Shown in pieces: positions 59,701-64,000 of a stretch of 64,000 nucleotides of DNA. The notes below the pieces were generated by a model. That model searched no databases. It was not told the origin of the DNA and was given only the letters and a program-made list of their open reading frames with translations. The DNA lies in assembly GCA_950054195.1 (NCBI GenBank), contig CATLPG010000002.1, positions 87,356 to 151,355 on the forward strand. The letters run 5' to 3'. The first letter of the stretch is position 1. Each line of letters begins with the position of its first letter. The position numbers and the translations under genes are program-made. Source of the stretch: an uncultured Saccharospirillaceae bacterium (GTDB lineage Bacteria > Bacteroidota > Bacteroidia > Flavobacteriales_D > CAJJDF01).

Positions 59701-61474
59701 AATAAATCATATCATCAAAACCATCGCCTCCAACATCACCTAAAAAGATTGGATTTCCTCCTGTGTTAGGCATTAAAGAATCTATTTTATTAAACGTAAA
59801 TGAAGGAGAAAGTTCAAAAAACATAATGTTTTGGAGGTTGTTTGTGTCGTCATAATAAATACATAAATCCTTATCTAAATCTCCATCTTTATCGAATACT
59901 TGAACATCTCTTAAAAGCTTTAAATCTCCTTGAATAATTGAGGTAGTATCTTCAATAGAAAATTTTCCTGTTCCATCGTTTATATATAATCGAGCAAACT
60001 CTTTTCGAAAGGAATAGCTTGATGGATCATAATAATTTGTTCCTGTAAAAAGAATATCATCTATGCTATCGTTATTAAAATCTGCAACTAATGTACCATT
60101 TGTTGTATGTCCACTTTGAAATATATTGCCTCGAACAGGTTGTATTGGTATAAGTATATCTGCATTATTTTTTATTCCTAATGTTGGGATTAATTTTCTA
60201 TCATCAATACCATTTAAATGGCATGAACTATTGTGATGTCGATAAATTATATCGTTATCATTGTCATTATCAAAATCTGCAATTAAATCGGGATATAAGA
60301 CATTTAAATTGCGTACTGGGTTAAAATTAACTCTTGTATCTTCTACAAAACCTCTAGGTTGTATTGAGTCCCCATACATTACGAGTGTTTTTTTAGGAGT
60401 TTCCTCACTTCCATTAATTTCTCTAAAATTGATAAAAATATCTTCTTGTCCATCATCATCAATATCTCCTGCTTTAAGAAAAACATAATCATCGTAAGAG
60501 GTGTTACTGCTCACTTCGTTGGATAAGTAGTTATGTAACGATGGACTTTCATTATAGCCTGTACTTGAAGAAATAAATACGTTTGACCTCTTTATGAAAG
60601 AGTTTGTTGAATCAACATAATAAATTAACAGGTCTCTTTTTCCTGAATTTGACATGTTTATGGGTTGCAAGTTTAAGATTCTTCCTACGTTGGGAAAATA
60701 CCCTAATTTATCTGTAAACGAATTATTATCGTTTTCATAAAAATGCGTCATGTTTACTCCATACCTTGCTGAAAAAATAATATCAAGGTCTCCATCTAGT
60801 TCATGATCATGTAAATAAACATCTCCTCCTAAATTACCTGAATAATTTTTGCTAGATGAAAACAAAAGGCTGCAGCTTCCTGTACCGTCATTCTCATACA
60901 CTCTCAGTTTTTGAGAGCTACCTCCTGTAAGGAACACAATATCTATGTCGCCATCTGATTCAATGTCTCCAAAATTAATTTGATGAACAGGATTATGTAC
61001 TCCTGTTTCAAAGCGAGTTGTAAAATTACCAGCACCATCATTTAAGAATACATTAATTTCTGAATTAATACTTGTTTGACTGGTTGAAATAATTAAATCA
61101 ACAAACCCATCACCATCGATATCTGCTAAATCTACATGAGGTTTTAAAGTAGAGTTACTTATATAATCAAAAAGGGTATCTTGTAGCCTAACTTTTGTAA
61201 ATGGTTTTCCTGAAGAATTGTTATAATAAGCTGTTAATTTATAAATATACTCGCCAACTTTATTGTTTTCATTAAGTTCTAAAACATCAATGGATCCATC
61301 GTTATTAAAATCGGCTTTAAATAGATATTCCTCGTAGGAAGGTAAAATATCAAATTCTGTATAATTTACTGATGAATCATCTGCCAAGAGGTTGGATTTT
61401 TCGAAACTAAATTGACTGTTTGTGTAAACTAGTACAGTTGTGAAGAAGGAAAGTAAGAATAATCTTAGTAGCAT
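56780..61474 (-). CDS. Giant FG-GAP/VCBS-repeat surface protein with Cys-bracketed repeats, SprB-type repeats and a T9SS C-terminal sorting domain
   Basis: Signal peptide. Many DxDxDGxxD FG-GAP/VCBS-like units. GGTAPYSYDWSTGD...YYSVVVTDAIGCEE is an SprB-type repeat. The C-terminal VLVYPNPFTNEIYV...KGVYFMQIQTNVGVIVKKLVKR is a type A T9SS CTD. Confidence 0.85.
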   Translation of the reverse strand: MLLRLFLLSFFTTVLVYTNSQFSFEKSNLLADDSSVNYTEFDILPSYEEYLFKADFNNDGSIDVLELNENNKVGEYIYKLTAYYNNSSGKPFTKVRLQDTLFDYISNSTLKPHVDLADIDGDGFVDLIISTSQTSINSEINVFLNDGAGNFTTRFETGVHNPVHQINFGDIESDGDIDIVFLTGGSSQKLRVYENDGTGSCSLLFSSSKNYSGNLGGDVYLHDHELDGDLDIIFSARYGVNMTHFYENDNNSFTDKLGYFPNVGRILNLQPINMSNSGKRDLLIYYVDSTNSFIKRSNVFISSSTGYNESPSLHNYLSNEVSSNTSYDDYVFLKAGDIDDDGQEDIFINFREINGSEETPKKTLVMYGDSIQPRGFVEDTRVNFNPVRNLNVLYPDLIADFDNDNDNDIIYRHHNSSCHLNGIDDRKLIPTLGIKNNADILIPIQPVRGNIFQSGHTTNGTLVADFNNDSIDDILFTGTNYYDPSSYSFRKEFARLYINDGTGKFSIEDTTSIIQGDLKLLRDVQVFDKDGDLDKDLCIYYDDTNNLQNIMFFELSPSFTFNKIDSLMPNTGGNPIFLGDVGGDGFDDMIYYDGQWLISKNTTGTLTTGVPIFSGETFSFISSIYFKDFDNDNIKDLLLITRNASNTYDLDVFFNNGNYTFSKENIMSNMDYISSGVTISDFNNDSLLDIITAFRNSFGCNDYQGRLYVNNGNKTFTLTSSPEIDQYQKENIVLDIDDDGDNDFLVPRYEAGFGKQPPLSVYLNDGTGSFSWHSHAITKSKFLGTIPLLTPGNFNMDDKLDLLSITAYSPTYAGHGLNIFNNTSCIITRDTIDISVCSTYSVPSGDEEYDSLGTYTVYDTILNSCGSDSLLTINLSINNTVGPTIDTAVCYEFISPSGKIVDTNATGIFDTISNSNGCDSIIEMNVTILKSDTLISAVVCNSYTSPSGNYTWTSPGFYNDTLTNQYGCDSNLTIQVFMNEVIDTSYVSICYDESYTQGNSTYVSSGVYTDHVQYTKLGIVCDSILTVYLTVDTVDFSYETSPEECGDDGSVQLTMEQSTFALLEWDDVVTPYFNLTRDQMTAGNYVATVTDINGCTRSKTITIDNANSQEVFVTNLGFYDQPSVLGTPFENYFPDLPPAMNNNPDNPLNLIDPGKHVRFRIECENLQLSNQSIVGGESVIRSEDPYITITDSIANFNNIAWGEREWSTDEYEILIDQNAPAGYEALIEIIVKEGNNEWLTTCIPIPITPLVIDEPNCTIDDDNNPDSQGDDDDMVEPNEVIEFLPVIDNISNLDAQLVNGEFLNLKKYPGIDVWKNRLGANGNVVNYSWWNYSNNVPQVILAGTQDMLPQFDFVFDYNFNTKYEFDMHLVLGGGFKLFGSIDTALIKWSQPYTFNQGSPHAPDCKDFKPYLDVTHLSGNDTINDASIDLIVVGGTAPYSYDWSTGDSTSTSLDSLSAGYYSVVVTDAIGCEELLDATIGTTNLDDIEAINHKVLVYPNPFTNEIYVTPSENTVVKEIVIYSLNGNQVKTYKGNNRLLIEDISKGVYFMQIQTNVGVIVKKLVKR

Positions 61475-61662
61475 AGTATTATTATTAGGTTGTATCCCAG
61501 TAATATAACCTAAATAATATGGAATAAAGAAGGATGAAAAATTAATTATATAAAAAGCTAATAGCCAATAATTAGCAATGCTATTGTTCTAGTATTTTAG
61601 ACTAATTTTTCTGCTTTTTTATGATGATAAGGTAAATTATTGCTATTGTTAAAAGGCAATTT

Positions 61663-62364
61663 TTATTCTGCTATTTCTAATTTAAAGCCAACTCCGTGAA
61701 GGTTGTTAATTTTAATTTTTTCATCATCGGAGAGGTACTTTCTTAGTTTGGTAATAAATACATCTAAGCTTCTTCCGTTAAAGTAATTGTCATCTCCCCA
61801 AATCATATTAAGCACCAAGTTTCTTTCGATTACTTTGTTACGATTTTCGGCTAATAATTTTAAGATAGCTGCTTCTCTCTTGGTAAGCTTTTTATCTTCT
61901 TCTCCTATTTTTAACCTTAGGTTAATAGAGTCAAAAGTGTAATCTCCCAATTCATATAATCCTTTGTTTTCTTCCTCAGCTATGGCAACTCCTTGAGATC
62001 TTCTTAAAACGGCTTCTATACGCATTAAAAACTCATCGTTATTAAATGGTTTTGTAATATAATCATCAGCTCCTGCTTTAAATCCTTTGATTTTATCTTC
62101 GGATTGAGACTTGGCAGTTAGGAAAATAATTGGAATTTCTCTATTTACTTTTCGAATATCTTCGGCAATGCTAAAGCCATCTTTTTCTGGTAACATAACA
62201 TCTAATAAACAAAGATCGTAGTTGTTTTTATTAAACATTTGAAGTCCTTCTTTACCATCTCTACATAGGTGTACCGAATACCCATCAATGGTTAAGAAAT
62301 CTTGAACTACAAGTCCTAAATTAAAATCGTCTTCAACTAATAGAATCTTTGCTTTTTCTGCCAT
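61663..62364 (-). CDS. OmpR/PhoB-family response regulator
   Basis: Receiver domain ILLVEDD...LLDVMLP...TAKS. C-terminal winged-helix LTKREAAILKLL...GVGFKL. Confidence 0.9.
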   Translation of the reverse strand: MAEKAKILLVEDDFNLGLVVQDFLTIDGYSVHLCRDGKEGLQMFNKNNYDLCLLDVMLPEKDGFSIAEDIRKVNREIPIIFLTAKSQSEDKIKGFKAGADDYITKPFNNDEFLMRIEAVLRRSQGVAIAEEENKGLYELGDYTFDSINLRLKIGEEDKKLTKREAAILKLLAENRNKVIERNLVLNMIWGDDNYFNGRSLDVFITKLRKYLSDDEKIKINNLHGVGFKLEIAE

Positions 62365-62367
62365 AGT

Positions 62368-63699
62368 TTATTCTTGTTTGGTTGGAAAAGTAAGTACAAA
62401 TGTGGTTCCTTTTCCTATTTCGCTTTTTGCTTGTATTGTTCCTTTGTGTTTTTGAACCATTTGTTTTACGTAGTAAAGTCCTAATCCAAATCCTTTTACA
62501 TTGTGAACATCTCCTGTTGATACCCTGTAGAATTTATCAAAAATATGTTTAATATCTTCTTTAGCTATCCCTTTACCACTATCTGAAATTAATATTTTTA
62601 TTTGATTTTCACTAGAGATTGTTTTAATACCAATAATTGGATTATCAGGGGAATATTTATTCGCGTTATCTAATAAATTATAGATAATATTGGTGATGTG
62701 TATGATATCTCCATCTATGATGGTTTCTGTTGCATCTAATTGGTAATTGAGTTCACCTGATCGTTCTTGAATGGGAACAATAAATGTTTCGATACAGCCT
62801 TCAATAACATCGTGCATATCGATGGTTTCGAAATTTAATTTAATGTCTCCTCGTTCTAGTTTTGCTATACGAAGTACTCGTTCTACTTGATTTTCGAGTC
62901 GCTTGTTCTCTGTTTTTATAATTCCTGTATAACGTTTTATTCTTTCATTTGCATCGGATTCATCACCATCGGGAATGCTTTTTTTAATTACATCAACTGA
63001 TAAACCTATAGTTGCTATAGGCGTTTTAAGTTCGTGCGTCATGTTATTAATAAAATCAGTAGTTATAGAAGATATTTTCTTTTGACGATAAAGACTTGAA
63101 ATGGTGTAACCAAAAAACAGAACAACTACCAAAATAAGTATGGTAGCAATTAATAGAATAAATGGAAATGTTGCTTCTTCGGTTTCGTAGTTGTGTAGTG
63201 AACCTGTGAAATATACACCAAAATAAAAGCCATCGTGCTCCCATCGTTGTGGTTTGTACTTAGATGTATCGTTGGTGCTTTTACTTACAAATTCATCAAA
63301 AATAATAGAATCGGTAAAGCAATCGTAAACACCAATTTGGAACTCCTCTTTGATGTTGTAGCTTTCGAATTCTTCTTTAACGAATTGATCCAGTAATTCT
63401 TTATCTAGTTGATTATAAAAACTTACTACAAAGTAGTTTGGATTAATTTGTTTAACAGGTTCTAGATAGGTTCCTTGGGATTCGCTGTTAATAGTAATTA
63501 AACGATCTCTTACTTTTGTTAAGGAAATGATTACGTTGTTTTCAAATTCTTTTTTTTGCAGTCGAATACCTTCTTGAAGTATTTCTTTTCGTTCGTTTTG
63601 TGTGTTTAAATTTTTACGAATTACAAAAATTTGAGTGATTACTAATAAAAATAGTAATACAATGGTAAAGGGTAATATAAATTTTACGTTGGCTTTCAA
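62368..63699 (-). CDS. Sensor histidine kinase paired with the response regulator
   Basis: H-box MTHELKTPIATI and G-box KGFGLGLYYVKQMV. Lies 3 nt upstream of the response regulator gene. TTG start. Confidence 0.85.
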   Translation of the reverse strand: MKANVKFILPFTIVLLFLLVITQIFVIRKNLNTQNERKEILQEGIRLQKKEFENNVIISLTKVRDRLITINSESQGTYLEPVKQINPNYFVVSFYNQLDKELLDQFVKEEFESYNIKEEFQIGVYDCFTDSIIFDEFVSKSTNDTSKYKPQRWEHDGFYFGVYFTGSLHNYETEEATFPFILLIATILILVVVLFFGYTISSLYRQKKISSITTDFINNMTHELKTPIATIGLSVDVIKKSIPDGDESDANERIKRYTGIIKTENKRLENQVERVLRIAKLERGDIKLNFETIDMHDVIEGCIETFIVPIQERSGELNYQLDATETIIDGDIIHITNIIYNLLDNANKYSPDNPIIGIKTISSENQIKILISDSGKGIAKEDIKHIFDKFYRVSTGDVHNVKGFGLGLYYVKQMVQKHKGTIQAKSEIGKGTTFVLTFPTKQE

Positions 63700-63705
63700 A
63701 TAGTA

Positions 63706-64000
63706 TTAATTAAGTGTTGGTGGTATGGATGGTTTTATTCTTTTACCATCTGCTTTAATTAACGTTCCTCCGCGGTAAGTTAGTGTGATTTTTAAATTTC
63801 CTTCGTCATCGTACTTTTTCCAAGTACCCTCTTTTTTGCCCAAACTGTATTTACCTTGTTCTTTTATTTGACCATTTAAATAGTAGTAGGTATGCTTACC
63901 ATCTTCAAAACCATTTTTATAATCACCTTCGAAAGCTAGTTGATTATTATTTGTGTAAATATACGTCCATTCACCTTGTTTTAAGTTATCAATATACTTA
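63706..64000 (-). CDS. MORN-variant repeat protein (YwqK-like), 3' end only
   Basis: My translation of the minus strand reads ...KQGEWTYIYTNNNQLAFEGDYKNGFEDGKHTYYYLNGQIKEQGKYSLGKKEGTWKKYDDEGNLKITLTYRGG...PPTLN*. G-x-W-x-Y-Y-x-x-G repeats. The gene is truncated by the right edge. Confidence 0.6.
   Translation of the reverse strand, partial: KYIDNLKQGEWTYIYTNNNQLAFEGDYKNGFEDGKHTYYYLNGQIKEQGKYSLGKKEGTWKKYDDEGNLKITLTYRGGTLIKADGKRIKPSIPPTLN

Overview
AT-rich chromosomal segment that looks like Bacteroidota (Flavobacteriia- or Cytophagia-like). Support: a T9SS-type C-terminal sorting domain, SprB-type repeats, DUF3127, a GldJ/SUMF1-like lipoprotein and many lipoprotein signal peptides. I count about 50 protein-coding genes. 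I recognised no rRNA, tRNA, CRISPR array, transposase or integrase. Layout: (i) 1-12806, minus strand: a tightly packed eight-gene operon of secreted proteins. It includes an SpvB/TcB-like giant protein (split into 519-aa and 1396-aa ORFs at a frame change), YD/RHS-associated proteins, an OmpH/Skp-like chaperone and lipoproteins. This is my best candidate for an uncharacterised system. (ii) 13385-22590, minus strand: a Type I restriction-modification operon, hsdM-hsdS-[ABC ATPase-TOPRIM/DUF4435-like fusion]-[AlbA_2/Schlafen-HATPase-wHTH protein]-hsdR. The two embedded genes look like defence cargo. hsdS carries an in-frame 36-nt GC-rich palindromic element that recurs in an intergenic region at about 55.9 kb. 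(iii) 22.6-64 kb: mostly housekeeping genes (mnmE, sucD, cyclophilin PPIase, pheS, acyl-CoA carboxyltransferase, mfd, dut, rnhA, purN, tyrS, metK, dinB). Interspersed are a three-gene HipB/HipS/HipT-like toxin-antitoxin module (38152-39648), three sensor kinases and one response regulator, a cytoplasmic trypsin-like protease with a partner gene, a 1564-aa FG-GAP/VCBS T9SS cargo protein and several hypothetical envelope proteins. All functional calls come from reading motifs in the supplied translations. No database search was run.
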